Shown here in pieces: positions 50,589-60,266 of a stretch of 64,000 bases of DNA. Positions within the stretch are counted from its first letter, which is position 1. Each line of letters opens with the position of its first letter. Source of the stretch: an uncultured Methanosarcinales archaeon (GTDB taxonomy: Archaea; Nanobdellota; Nanobdellia; Woesearchaeales; CALCXY01); NCBI GenBank assembly GCA_964385185.1, contig CAYLOA010000002.1:1-64000 (forward strand), given 5' to 3'. Below the pieces are notes generated by a model. That model made no database searches and was not told the origin of the DNA. It saw only the letters and a program-made list of their open reading frames with translations. A program made the position numbers and the translations under genes.

Positions 50589-50984
50589 TTAACTACATTC
50601 AACACTTAAAGCATCTACTTGTTTTTGAAGAAGGGTGATTGTGTCTTTTGCAACATTCATTTTTTTGGTTAATTCGTCTACTTGAGTTTCTAACTCTGTT
50701 TTTTGAGCACCAGATGCTGATTCATGTGCATTCAATTTGCCAATCATATCTGATTTAAAGCTTGTTAAATCATTTTTTGCATTATTTAATTCTGTAACTT
50801 GGTTGTTGTAAGCATCACAGGTTGTGGATCCAGATGGAGTGGGTGTATCAGCAACAACTTCTTCTTGAGCTTCTTCAACAGCTTCTACTGCCACAGAACT
50901 TCCTGTTATAGAAGTTTGAGATACTCCAGAACTACATGCTACTAATAGAAAACAGAGAATTGCCAAACCTGCTACAAGTTTCAT
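50589..50984 (-). CDS. lipoprotein-like coiled-coil protein
   Basis: LVAC lipobox-like signal and heptad-rich C-terminus. Confidence 0.65.
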   Translation of the reverse strand: MKLVAGLAILCFLLVACSSGVSQTSITGSSVAVEAVEEAQEEVVADTPTPSGSTTCDAYNNQVTELNNAKNDLTSFKSDMIGKLNAHESASGAQKTELETQVDELTKKMNVAKDTITLLQKQVDALSVECS

Positions 50985-51115
50985 GTATACTGTTTTTTGA
51001 ATTTTGGATTTATAAAACTTTCGTGGGAAGTTTTATACTTGCAAACTTGTTTGCTTTGTATAAGTTTTGTTGTTTTTAAGGCAACACTTAATAATACGAG
51101 GTGAATAGCATTAGT

Positions 51116-51520
51116 ATGGCAAAAGTACTTGTAACAGGAACATATGACATCGTCCATCCTGGACATTTGTATTTCTTTAATCAAGCTAAGAAGTATGGTG
51201 ATGAGTTAATTATTTTAGTGGGTAGAAGTGATACGGTTCAGTCTATCAAAGGGAAAGAACCGATGCATACTGCTGAACAGAGAAAGAAACAGTTGGAGAT
51301 GGCAAAAGTTGCTTCTAAAGTAATAGTGGGAGATAAGGAAGATAAATTTAAAGTGTTGAATGATGAAAAGCCAGACTTTGTGTGTTTAGGATATGACCAA
51401 ACTGCATTTACAGATACGTTGGAAGAAGAAATTAAGAAAAGAGGATTACAAACGAAAGTTATTCGATGTGAATCTTACAAACCTGATATTTATAAAACGA
51501 GTAAGTTTATAGAAGTTTAA
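51116..51520 (+). CDS. ribL: FAD synthase / cytidylyltransferase family
   Basis: GTYD.VHPGH, R, PD...LGYDQ and KTS motifs. Confidence 0.8.
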   Translation: MAKVLVTGTYDIVHPGHLYFFNQAKKYGDELIILVGRSDTVQSIKGKEPMHTAEQRKKQLEMAKVASKVIVGDKEDKFKVLNDEKPDFVCLGYDQTAFTDTLEEEIKKRGLQTKVIRCESYKPDIYKTSKFIEV

Positions 51521-52382
51521 TGTAAAGTTCTAATTCATCTGGTACGCATACTCCTTTGTCCAATATCAGATTACCCAGTTCATTGTTGCTGCCTTTATTT
51601 TCTTGACGGGTAATTCTTGATATTTCCCTTCGGCTTCGAATTGCCCCCACAACATCTAAAATATGAAATGAGTAGGGGGAATCTATAGTTCCTTCAAGAG
51701 CTGCTTCAAAATGTTTAACCGCTAAACTTGTATTGCCTAATGTGTTGTACATATTTCCTAATGTTTCATGCACATATGATGGGATAATGCCTGTATCAGA
51801 CATATCCTCCAATTCACCTACCACTTCATAAGTTTCAGTTTGCTGGGTAAGTGATCTCGCATATAAACAAAAAGTATGGAAAATGTCCATTACACAATTC
51901 TCGCCATCTCTTTCAGGTTCTCCTGCCAATTTATTTCCTGCTGATAGCATCTCAAATGCTAATTTGTATTTATGGACTGCTTTTAATGATCTGGCGTAAT
52001 CCAAGTGGATATTCATTTTGTCTTGTTGGGTAAATCGTGGAGAATCTAAATCTTCTGCAATGATTGCCTGATACTCTTGATTTGCAGCAAGGTAATTTTC
52101 AGATTGAAGATATAAATTTGCCAGTATTGCATGATTATAGAGGGATGTATCTCCCAAATGGAATATATCTTCCATATCGCCTATGGCAAGATCTATTCTC
52201 CATGCTAAACTAAAAGCCTCAATTCTCATTTCGAGAGATCTTATTTTTTCTTGGAGTGTACTATCTTTGCTTATAATTCCTTTTGTTACAGTCCAGGCTG
52301 TAGTTTCTGCTTGTTCTAATCGATCATCTAGATCTTTGAAATGAGTACCATTGCTCGGAATAATTGAGAGTCCAATTGCCAT
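51507..52382 (-). CDS. TPR-like helical repeat protein
   Basis: LA.LY....NY..A...Y and LG..Y..LG....A..HFE.AL patterns. Confidence 0.6.
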   Translation of the reverse strand: MAIGLSIIPSNGTHFKDLDDRLEQAETTAWTVTKGIISKDSTLQEKIRSLEMRIEAFSLAWRIDLAIGDMEDIFHLGDTSLYNHAILANLYLQSENYLAANQEYQAIIAEDLDSPRFTQQDKMNIHLDYARSLKAVHKYKLAFEMLSAGNKLAGEPERDGENCVMDIFHTFCLYARSLTQQTETYEVVGELEDMSDTGIIPSYVHETLGNMYNTLGNTSLAVKHFEAALEGTIDSPYSFHILDVVGAIRSRREISRITRQENKGSNNELGNLILDKGVCVPDELELYIKLL

Positions 52383-52443
52383 ACATAGACAACTTTGACT
52401 TTGTTTAAATATTCTTGTATTATTTTAGGTAGAATGTATGAAA

Positions 52444-53016
52444 TTAGAACTGAAAAAACAATATAAAGAAACCAACAGCTACCATAATACCATAATAGGT
52501 TCTATTCCATCTCAATATCTTTATTCCATCGAAGTTACCGAAAGGAATCATATTAAACAATCCTAACCAGCCATTGATTAGTAATCCATATCTAGCAAGG
52601 CTTTGAAGAAACGGTGTAAATGCTACGAAGCTTACTAATAGAAACAGAAAAGCGAGTATGTAATTGGTAATGGGACCAGCGGCTGAAATTATTCCATTTC
52701 TTTCTTTGGTTACATGGCCTGAGATCATTACAGCCCCTGGAGCAGCAAATATAATGCCTGTGAATGATAATAAAACTGCCAAGAATAACATTTGATCGTT
52801 TGCCCTAAATTCAGCCCAGCAGCCATATCTTTGTGCTACAAACTTATGTGCTAATTCATGGAGAAGAAAACCTACGCCAACGGTTAACCCAGATAATAAC
52901 ACTGCAGTGAGAAAACCTTTCCCTAATCCATTCATAGCTATAGCAAAGGCTGCAGATATTGCTAACCATGCTTTAATAAGATCACGTTGCTCTATATGTG
53001 AAGTTTTAATGTTCAT
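52444..53016 (-). CDS. site-2 protease (M50) family metalloprotease
   Basis: HELAH, AGP..N and FN.IP....DG motifs. Confidence 0.9.
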   Translation of the reverse strand: MNIKTSHIEQRDLIKAWLAISAAFAIAMNGLGKGFLTAVLLSGLTVGVGFLLHELAHKFVAQRYGCWAEFRANDQMLFLAVLLSFTGIIFAAPGAVMISGHVTKERNGIISAAGPITNYILAFLFLLVSFVAFTPFLQSLARYGLLINGWLGLFNMIPFGNFDGIKILRWNRTYYGIMVAVGFFILFFQF

Positions 53017-53038
53017 TTGAAAAAAATATTGCCCAGAA

Positions 53039-53225
53039 TTAGATAGCTTGGGGCAACTTCCGTTTCTTTACACGGACGAAAGTTAACCCATCCCTAAATT
53101 CAACTTGTCTGTGAATAAAATGATTTTCGTTTTGTTTTATTACATCAATTCTGACTGGCTGAATAAAGACACCCCCAACAAGCTCTCCATCTTTCCTACA
53201 AGATTGCGATAGTATACTAGTTCAT
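53039..53225 (-). pseudogene. possible small gene frameshifted immediately after its ATG
   Basis: ATG-AAC-TAG stops at once. Removing one A gives about 61 aa (MTSILSQSCRKDGELVGG...KLPQAI). TATA-like box upstream. Confidence 0.3.
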
Positions 53226-53315
53226 TTTTTGATTTATATATCTTTGCTCTTTGAGTTTACAAATTTGTATATTGATGTATTGATAGTGTATGTTGAATTG
53301 TAAAAGAGAAGAATT

Positions 53316-53690
53316 TTATTTGAAGTACAGATCCATTATTCTATCTTGAACTTTTGTTGGAAATTCAACAATTCTGTAACACCCATCAGCTGCACTGGAA
53401 CCACCTGAGCCATCAAATTTTTCTGCCACTTCTTTCGCAATCTCATCTATTGATCTTGAATCTGAAAAGGATTTCATGGCTAGAAGTAAACCAGAGGTTA
53501 ATTGAGATTTTGCATGTTTTATAGGTGCAGGCAGGGGTGTGTATGAGGGGACAGTTTCATTGATTTCTGATTGGCCAATCTGGTACCACCCAAGGAGTAA
53601 TTGGCTATTGTCATCAGATTCTGCTGTTCGACCTCCAACACGACCCTCTCGAAAAATTTGCTTGGTAAGTACTGCTGATATGTTGTGCAT
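53316..53690 (-). CDS. hypothetical protein
   Basis: 124-aa ORF. Confidence 0.5.
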   Translation of the reverse strand: MHNISAVLTKQIFREGRVGGRTAESDDNSQLLLGWYQIGQSEINETVPSYTPLPAPIKHAKSQLTSGLLLAMKSFSDSRSIDEIAKEVAEKFDGSGGSSAADGCYRIVEFPTKVQDRIMDLYFK

Positions 53691-53782
53691 TTATAGAGGT
53701 ATTTTATTGTTCTTTATCAAAGTATCTCCTATGTACTCTTAACTATAGAAAAGCATAAAAACAATGTAATAAGGCTTCATGC

Positions 53783-54847
53783 ATGAATGACGTAGCTTTT
53801 GTGCATTGGTTAAAGGCACAAGGATTGTTTCCTTATGTAGAAAAATATTACCCTGCATTTAAGAAGATCTTCTCAGAATGTTTAAAATTGAAGAAAGAAA
53901 CCGTTATGGTAGTCTTTGATGAAGGATATCCTACAAGAAGATGTTCTGCCATTCTAGCAGGCTGTTATATCCTTGCCATGAAACGATTGGGAATTACGTT
54001 TCAATTAGTTAAACAATCGCCGAAATTTGCTGGAGAGCAAGCGGATGACATTACAGTTGATAAAATGTTTAACTACCCTAGTGGTAATATTCTTATTTTG
54101 TGTTTGAGTGGAAAATTAGGAAGTATGAAACACTTAGGTAAGAGTTTTCGTAAGTATATTTCCGATAATAGTCATAGATTTGTATCTACATCCGGATTAC
54201 GTGACTTAGAGACTAAGTATTTTGCGAAATTAGTTGCGAGTATAGATGTAGACTATGAAGAGATTAAACGAAGAGGAAAGGAACTCAAAAGAAAGATAGA
54301 TTATGCAAATGAAATGCATATCCTCACTGATGCTGGAACTAATCTTCGAATTGATATACAAGGGAAACAGGCCATTAGTAATGATGGGAAATATTCTATC
54401 AAAGGAGGAAACATCCCTACAGGAGAAGTCTATTTAGCTCCTAGGGGGAAACATGTTGAGGGTAAGATTGTATTAGATGGAACTATAAGGCACAGAGAAG
54501 GAACTACATTAGTTAAAAAACCCGTTGTGCTTACGGTAAAGGAAGGAGAAGTTATCAAGATTGAAGGTGGAGAGGAAGCTAAGTTATTGGAACGAACCTT
54601 TCAAGAAGTTGAATCTCGTGCTAAGTATCCTTGGGGTATTCGTCGTGTTGGTGAAATAGGTATTGGAATCAATAAAGGTGCCTCTTTAATCCCTGTTACG
54701 ATTGTTTCTGAGAAGACGTTAGGGACTGCACACGTAGGTATTGGGAGTAACGCTTGGTTTGGCGGTACAGTCTATGCTATTTCGCATTTTGACCAAGTGT
54801 ATAAAAATCCTAGAATATATTTAGATAAGAAGAAAATAGATTATTAG
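53783..54847 (+). CDS. aminopeptidase (M29 / leucyl aminopeptidase T-like)
   Basis: GT.L, GN.P.GEV..AP, GE.GIG.N, EK..GT.H.G.G and HFD motifs. Confidence 0.85.
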   Translation: MNDVAFVHWLKAQGLFPYVEKYYPAFKKIFSECLKLKKETVMVVFDEGYPTRRCSAILAGCYILAMKRLGITFQLVKQSPKFAGEQADDITVDKMFNYPSGNILILCLSGKLGSMKHLGKSFRKYISDNSHRFVSTSGLRDLETKYFAKLVASIDVDYEEIKRRGKELKRKIDYANEMHILTDAGTNLRIDIQGKQAISNDGKYSIKGGNIPTGEVYLAPRGKHVEGKIVLDGTIRHREGTTLVKKPVVLTVKEGEVIKIEGGEEAKLLERTFQEVESRAKYPWGIRRVGEIGIGINKGASLIPVTIVSEKTLGTAHVGIGSNAWFGGTVYAISHFDQVYKNPRIYLDKKKIDY

Positions 54848-54969
54848 AGTTTAGCAAACATCCTTTCTAACGAATCAAGATCTTCATGTATACTTTTTAA
54901 CAATTTAGCCTTCTCTCTGCTAATCTCTTTTAATTTCTCTTTTACTTTTTTGTTCTCGGAATTTTTCAT
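54844..54969 (-). CDS. possible 41-aa coiled-coil microprotein
   Basis: Manual translation MKNSENKKVKEKLKEISREKAKLLKSIHEDLDSLERMFAKL. Directly downstream of the 90-aa gene. Confidence 0.4.
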   Translation of the reverse strand: MKNSENKKVKEKLKEISREKAKLLKSIHEDLDSLERMFAKL

Positions 54970-54987
54970 ATTAATAGGGTATTGGAG

Positions 54988-55260
54988 CTAGCTGTATTTA
55001 ATTCTTTCTATTACTTCATCGAGTTCCTGCTTTTGTTTATCTATTCGGGTTAATTTTCTCTTAAGATGCTGGAATGTTTTCAAAAAAGATTTTCTCTGAT
55101 TATCCATTAACATCTCATAGCCAATAATGTAAATAATTGGTAGAATTATTATCTCCAAAGCAAGCCATAATTCTTTGTATGTTGGATCAACGTATGTGAG
55201 TGTAGTAAGCACTATAGCAAAGGAAGTCGCAAATAAAATCAATGCATATTTTGATTTCAT
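54988..55260 (-). CDS. small two-TM protein with coiled-coil tail
   Basis: Two hydrophobic segments. Confidence 0.55.
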   Translation of the reverse strand: MKSKYALILFATSFAIVLTTLTYVDPTYKELWLALEIIILPIIYIIGYEMLMDNQRKSFLKTFQHLKRKLTRIDKQKQELDEVIERIKYS

Positions 55261-55332
55261 AATTTAAGATATCTTTCAAAGTTAATAAACTCTTGTGAAT
55301 ACCTTTATATATTTTGAAATCGGAAAATCTTC

Positions 55333-56454
55333 ATGCCACTCACAATTCTTAAGAAATTAATTTCTTTTAATACTGAGAATCTTCCAGGGGATGAATATCA
55401 AGTTGTTGCCTATCTTTCTGAGCTGTTTTCGAAACATAATATTACATTTAAGAAGTATACAAAAGAAAAAGGTCGAGAGAATATTGTGGCTGAAATTGGC
55501 TCTGGTAAACCACGTTTACTAGTTGCCTGTCATGCTGATACGGTGCCCGCTGGAGAGGGTTGGGATAGTGATCCTTTTGTTGCTACGGTGAAGAATGGCA
55601 GGGTGTATGGCAGGGGTGTTGTTGATGATAAAGGACCACTTGCTGCACTTGTTAAAGCTGCTATTTCAATAAAGAATGATGAGAAGAAATTAAAAGGAAC
55701 TTTGGTAGTAGGTTGTTTTGCAGATGAAGAGAAAGGCTCCGATTTAGGATTAAAATGGTTAGTCAATTCTGGAAAAGTGAAAGCTGATTTTGCTATCATG
55801 CCAGATATTGGCGACAATATGAAATCTATTGATGTTGCAGAGAAAGGTGTGTTGCAATTAGGGTTAGTAAGCAAAGGAAAGGTGGCCCACGGTTCTTGGC
55901 CAGAAGATGGGGTCAATGCTATTACCAATTTGATGGAAGTGTTAACCGTTGTAAAAGATTATACCTTCTCTCAGAAAAAGCATTCTCTGTTGAGTAAATG
56001 TACTCTGAATATTGGACAGATTGAAGGGGGGAATGCTCCTAATATGGTGCCGAGTTCATGTGTTGCTGTTTTAGATATTAGATATTTGCCATCTCAAACT
56101 CCAGCTGGAATTATTGAAGAGGTTGAAAAGATTATTTCTCAGGTGAAGAATAAGTCTCTCAATGTTAAAGTTGAAGTGATTAATCAATTAGAAGCAACTG
56201 AATTGAATGGGAATAATACGTTGATTAGTACCATTCAGAAAGTTGTAAAGAAAGAATTAGGGTTTAAGCCTAAATGTATTGGATTGAATGGTGCAACCGA
56301 TGCTAAAGCATTTATTTTGAAAGGAATTCCTGCAGTAGGTTGGAGTTGCGGAGATCATGATCAAATGCATGTTCCTAATGAAAGTATTTCTGTTAAAGAG
56401 TTAGAACAGTTTTCTCATGTGTTGGAGAAGGTTGTTAAGGAGTTCTTGAGTTGA
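55333..56454 (+). CDS. M20 metallopeptidase (ArgE/DapE-like)
   Basis: HADTVP, GRG..DDKG, DEE, AHGS.P..G.NAI, G.TD and H..NE motifs. Confidence 0.92.
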   Translation: MPLTILKKLISFNTENLPGDEYQVVAYLSELFSKHNITFKKYTKEKGRENIVAEIGSGKPRLLVACHADTVPAGEGWDSDPFVATVKNGRVYGRGVVDDKGPLAALVKAAISIKNDEKKLKGTLVVGCFADEEKGSDLGLKWLVNSGKVKADFAIMPDIGDNMKSIDVAEKGVLQLGLVSKGKVAHGSWPEDGVNAITNLMEVLTVVKDYTFSQKKHSLLSKCTLNIGQIEGGNAPNMVPSSCVAVLDIRYLPSQTPAGIIEEVEKIISQVKNKSLNVKVEVINQLEATELNGNNTLISTIQKVVKKELGFKPKCIGLNGATDAKAFILKGIPAVGWSCGDHDQMHVPNESISVKELEQFSHVLEKVVKEFLS

Positions 56455-56826
56455 TTATTTATGGAGTAGTGGGGGTCGAATATGTCTAGGCATATAATCT
56501 TCATTATTGCTCCTAGCGTGAACTTCTCTATTTGAGCTGTGCGCTGTTGCACAGTCTAAACGTACTAAATCATTCCATATTTGTAATTCTCTATGATTAT
56601 ATTCAGTGCTAGACCCATATCCTTGTTCCATTTGGAATAATTCTCTTACATTATTTTCAATCCTGTCTATTAATGTGATTATTGTTTCTGGTGTTTCTGG
56701 ACTATATAGAGTTTCAAAGCTTTCACTAGGGATTCCCATACTTGCCAGTGTCATCTGTAGTTCTTCATCACATTCATAGGGAAGTAAATTTCGTCTCCCT
56801 AATTCAGCTTTTAGATCGATATCCAT
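56455..56826 (-). CDS. hypothetical protein
   Basis: 123-aa ORF. Confidence 0.5.
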   Translation of the reverse strand: MDIDLKAELGRRNLLPYECDEELQMTLASMGIPSESFETLYSPETPETIITLIDRIENNVRELFQMEQGYGSSTEYNHRELQIWNDLVRLDCATAHSSNREVHARSNNEDYMPRHIRPPLLHK

Positions 56827-56828
56827 AA

Positions 56829-57008
56829 TTTAGGGTGTTTGAGGTCTTTTTTTAGGGTGTTTGANNNNNNNNNNNNNNNNNNNNNNNNNNNNNNNNNNNN
56901 NNNNNNNNNNNNNNNNNNNNNNNNNNNNNNNNNNNNNNNNNNNNNNNNNNNNNNNNNNNNNNNNTTTAGGGTGTTTGAGGTCTTTTTTTAGGGTGTTTGA
57001 GGTCTTTT
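56829..57008. repeat. 22-bp tandem repeat (TTTAGGGTGTTTGAGGTCTTTT) on both sides of the scaffold gap
   Basis: About 1.6 copies left of the gap and 2 copies right of it, with no spacers. Confidence 0.85.
56865..56964. other. assembly gap (100 N)
   Basis: Run of N. Confidence 1.
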
Positions 57009-57101
57009 ATAAAGTTATGTAGGATTTTCATTTTAAGGCATTTTTTTGCCTTTCTTCTCCACCACCACAATCTTTAAAACCCCTTAGATTCTAAAAAGAG
57101 T

Positions 57102-57881
57102 ATGAAAACAGGTATTTCTATCCGTCATGATATGGGTGAAGGTTGGATTATTAAGAATTCAAAACAATTAGTTAACTTTCTTAAGAAGTTTAAAAAAATA
57201 GATTTTTTTGAGATACAATGTCAATATCCTATGCCCTTAAACTTAATGGATGACATCCATCGACTGAAGAAATACGTTGCTAAACGAGATTTGAAAGTAG
57301 GGCTTAACTTTCCAATCCAATGGCACGACAGATGGAAGATGAGAAAAAGCTTTGAAGAAGTGCAAGATACTATACTGAATTTTGCAAATGAGCTTAATGC
57401 TGACTATGTAAATATCCATCCAGAGTCTCTAGCGTACTTTACAGAGAAAGATGCTAAAGTAGACATTGCTAAACAGTTAACGTTGTTACAGTCTAAAACA
57501 AATGCCAATATTATTGTTATGAATGGTCATAGTGTGTTTCAAACTCCAGAAGATATGAATTATTTTGCAAAAGATGGAGTAAAAATGTGTTTAGACGTCT
57601 GTCATATCTTTCAGGGTGGGATGGAGTATAATGAATTCAGAGATCAATTGCAAGCTTTCAAAGATAATATATTTATGTTTAGATTGAGTGACTTTGGTGA
57701 AAGACCCCACATGCAATTAGGTTTTGGAAAGGTTCCTTACTCTAAGATTATGAGAAACGTTCGAGAGTTTGAACCTTTTGTTGTCTTAGATCCTGTGTTG
57801 TCTGTTGAAAATGAATTAATATTTAGAAATCCTAAGTATGCACTTGAGAGATCGTTAGATTATTTAAAAAATAATTGTTAA
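57102..57881 (+). CDS. xylose isomerase-like TIM barrel protein (degenerate metal sites)
   Basis: NIHP, CLDVCH, LSD....H..LG.G.V motifs. Confidence 0.7.
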   Translation: MKTGISIRHDMGEGWIIKNSKQLVNFLKKFKKIDFFEIQCQYPMPLNLMDDIHRLKKYVAKRDLKVGLNFPIQWHDRWKMRKSFEEVQDTILNFANELNADYVNIHPESLAYFTEKDAKVDIAKQLTLLQSKTNANIIVMNGHSVFQTPEDMNYFAKDGVKMCLDVCHIFQGGMEYNEFRDQLQAFKDNIFMFRLSDFGERPHMQLGFGKVPYSKIMRNVREFEPFVVLDPVLSVENELIFRNPKYALERSLDYLKNNC

Positions 57882-58765
57882 TTAGTACCATTCAAAGAAA
57901 TATGTGGGTGATTGTTGTGTGCATTATTTCCTTTGGTTGAATATTTACAACCTTTGTATCCTATCGTCATTCTGACACCATACTCTTCTGCATTTCTATT
58001 TGCAAACTGTATGATTTGATCAAAAATAGTTTTACTTCTCTTATTTTTTGGATTAAATACAATTCTTTCTCCATCTTTATCCATTAAAAATACATCGATA
58101 CCTAATCCCTTTACGTGATCAGTATGTTTTATGCTTTTAGTATGTCCTTTTCCTGCATTAAATTCTAGCCAGACATCGCCAATCTTTTGTTGTCTGCAGT
58201 AATCTGCTAATGCAAATGCGAATCGTTTAGTTTGTGGTAAAACTTTAGAGTATCTCGCAGCAGAGGGAACTTTTAATCCATTGTATTTTCCAACTTGTAC
58301 AGCTCCCGTACCATTATAGTGAAATTCATCATGTTTTCCTTTACCTGTACTTCCTTTTTGATCTTTATAGTTAGCAAATTTTGAATGATGTGGATGATCT
58401 CCACCAAGTGTATCATACCAGATTAATGGCACATCTCCTTTGGATGCATCAATAACTCTTGTTGATAGATTATCTTTATTAGCAGTATAATTCCATACAG
58501 GCTCTGGCCTTCTTGGAGGTGCCTTTTTAGGTGCTGGATTTTTTATCGTTTTAGATTCAGGTATTTGTATAACTTGACCTGGAAAGATGAGGTGTTTGTT
58601 TTCGTGAGTAATTTTAGGATCTTCATTAACTATATCTTCTACTGAGACTTTTTTACTATTGGCAATTTTACTCAAACTATCTCCTTCCTTTACTGTATAA
58701 GGAGCTCCAAAAGCTGTAGCTGTTAGGAAGTATGCTGCCATAGCTGTAGTTAGTAATCTTCTCAT
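57878..58765 (-). CDS. secreted LysM-domain protein with M15/LAS-like zinc peptidase domain
   Basis: Signal peptide, YTVKEGDSLSKIA...LIFPGQVIQIP, Pro-rich linker, H-x6-D (HVKGLGID) and C-terminal HNNHPH. Confidence 0.78.
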   Translation of the reverse strand: MRRLLTTAMAAYFLTATAFGAPYTVKEGDSLSKIANSKKVSVEDIVNEDPKITHENKHLIFPGQVIQIPESKTIKNPAPKKAPPRRPEPVWNYTANKDNLSTRVIDASKGDVPLIWYDTLGGDHPHHSKFANYKDQKGSTGKGKHDEFHYNGTGAVQVGKYNGLKVPSAARYSKVLPQTKRFAFALADYCRQQKIGDVWLEFNAGKGHTKSIKHTDHVKGLGIDVFLMDKDGERIVFNPKNKRSKTIFDQIIQFANRNAEEYGVRMTIGYKGCKYSTKGNNAHNNHPHISLNGTN

Positions 58766-58889
58766 GTATGTATACTTAGAATTACCCTATATAAACCTTA
58801 TGGTTTTAGTTACTCTTGGGTGGTGAATGTATTATTTGCAGTATAGAAGTTAATTATTGTTCAGGGAAATGTCATCCTTACAATATTTC

Positions 58890-59303
58890 CTACAGAGTAT
58901 GTAGTATTGTACAATAGACTGAGAAACCAAGACTAATACCTCCATTTTTAAGAGATCTAACTACTCGATTCCTTTGTGGAGGATTAATTTTTTCTTGTGT
59001 ATTATATGGTCCATTTACTTCTTGAGGAACCTGTCCATCAATGACTGAGAGTGCTGTCTGGCTGGCATGGATCCAGTATGCAATTTTATCGAGTGAGGGA
59101 GGAGCATTGTTGTTGTGTCCTGAAAGTCCATATGTAAATCCAACTAATCCAACTGCTATATAAGCAACTGATTTGGGGATCCAGAATCCATTTCCACCAG
59201 AAATACTCCGTCCAATTTTCTCTAGACTCTGGCTGCTGATTAGAGGTTTCCTCCAGTGTTCAAATGTATCTTGCCTAAGTCTAAAATATTGGGCCATACT
59301 CAT
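58890..59303 (-). CDS. hypothetical membrane protein
   Basis: One TM segment. Confidence 0.45.
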   Translation of the reverse strand: MSMAQYFRLRQDTFEHWRKPLISSQSLEKIGRSISGGNGFWIPKSVAYIAVGLVGFTYGLSGHNNNAPPSLDKIAYWIHASQTALSVIDGQVPQEVNGPYNTQEKINPPQRNRVVRSLKNGGISLGFSVYCTILHTL

Positions 59304-59430
59304 AATTATTAACTCATTACATTTAAATTTTAGCCAAATTCAGTTGCTGAATGCATTATGTTTGTATTTTAGGAATTAAGATCAGTAATGGCAGCAATAT
59401 ATTTATATACACCGAAAATATATATTCGGT

Positions 59431-59775
59431 ATGGAACTGAAACAAGTAATCGTTGTACGGCAGGATTTAGATATGCCTAAAGGGAAGTTGGCAGCCCAGG
59501 TTGCTCATGCTTCCGTAGGAGCTATTAATCGTGCAAATAAAGCGAAGCAAAAGAACTGGATGCAGCAAGGGATGAAGAAAGTAGTTCTAGCAGTTGATTC
59601 TGAAGCAGAATTAAAGTCATTATTAAAAAAAGCGAATGCTGCTAAATTACCTACAGATTTAATCACTGATGCAGGGAGGACCTTCTTAGCTCCCGGGACG
59701 GTAACCTGCTTAGGAATTGGCCCGGATGATGAAAAAAGGATTGACAAAGTTACAGGGAAGTTAGCTACATTATAA
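59431..59775 (+). CDS. pth2: peptidyl-tRNA hydrolase Pth2
   Basis: KQVIVVR.DL.M.KGK.AAQVAHA, DAGRT and GIGP motifs. Confidence 0.96.
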   Translation: MELKQVIVVRQDLDMPKGKLAAQVAHASVGAINRANKAKQKNWMQQGMKKVVLAVDSEAELKSLLKKANAAKLPTDLITDAGRTFLAPGTVTCLGIGPDDEKRIDKVTGKLATL

Positions 59776-59924
59776 TGTATTATTTCATCGAATTCTCTAT
59801 ACAAAATACATCTATCACCGAAAACTTTAAATACAATCCACAAATCTTCCTACTCTAAGAAGAGAGATGAAACAGAACATACATACAATGAATAAAGTGA
59901 ATACAGTCGATGTTTCTAAGCTGA

Positions 59925-60266
59925 GTGCTATACTCTACTTCCGGAGGGAGTGAAATTACTGAATTTGTAAATCAACTACTAACTACAGAGAAAAAGGCTA
60001 AGGAGATTATCTCTCACGCCGAAAAAGAAAAAGAAAAGAAGATTTCTCATGCTAAAGAAAAAGCTTTAGCAGATATTACTGCACAAAAAAAGGGCCTAAA
60101 AGAAGCACAAGATGCTCATGTTGCAGAAGAGATGAATCATATTAACGAAGAAAAAACAAAGATAACTCAACAATATACAGGCCAAATACAGCAAATACAG
60201 ACTAAAGCTGAAAAGAAAATGGATAAGGCAGTTGAGCTGGTTCTTGATAACGTGTTACAACGATGA
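59925..60266 (+). CDS. A/V-type ATP synthase subunit H (G-like peripheral stalk)
   Basis: Charged coiled coil E..A..II..AE. First gene of the operon. Start uncertain (possibly ATT at 59955). Confidence 0.75.
   Translation: MLYSTSGGSEITEFVNQLLTTEKKAKEIISHAEKEKEKKISHAKEKALADITAQKKGLKEAQDAHVAEEMNHINEEKTKITQQYTGQIQQIQTKAEKKMDKAVELVLDNVLQR

Noticed and set aside
53050..53085. Hammerhead ribozyme (TCCGT...ACGGACGAAA)
   Set aside because: The CUGANGA core is absent.
56829..57008. CRISPR array or telomere-like (TTTAGGG) repeat
   Set aside because: Units are directly adjacent with no spacers and no cas genes are present. TTTAGGG is only part of a 22-bp unit.
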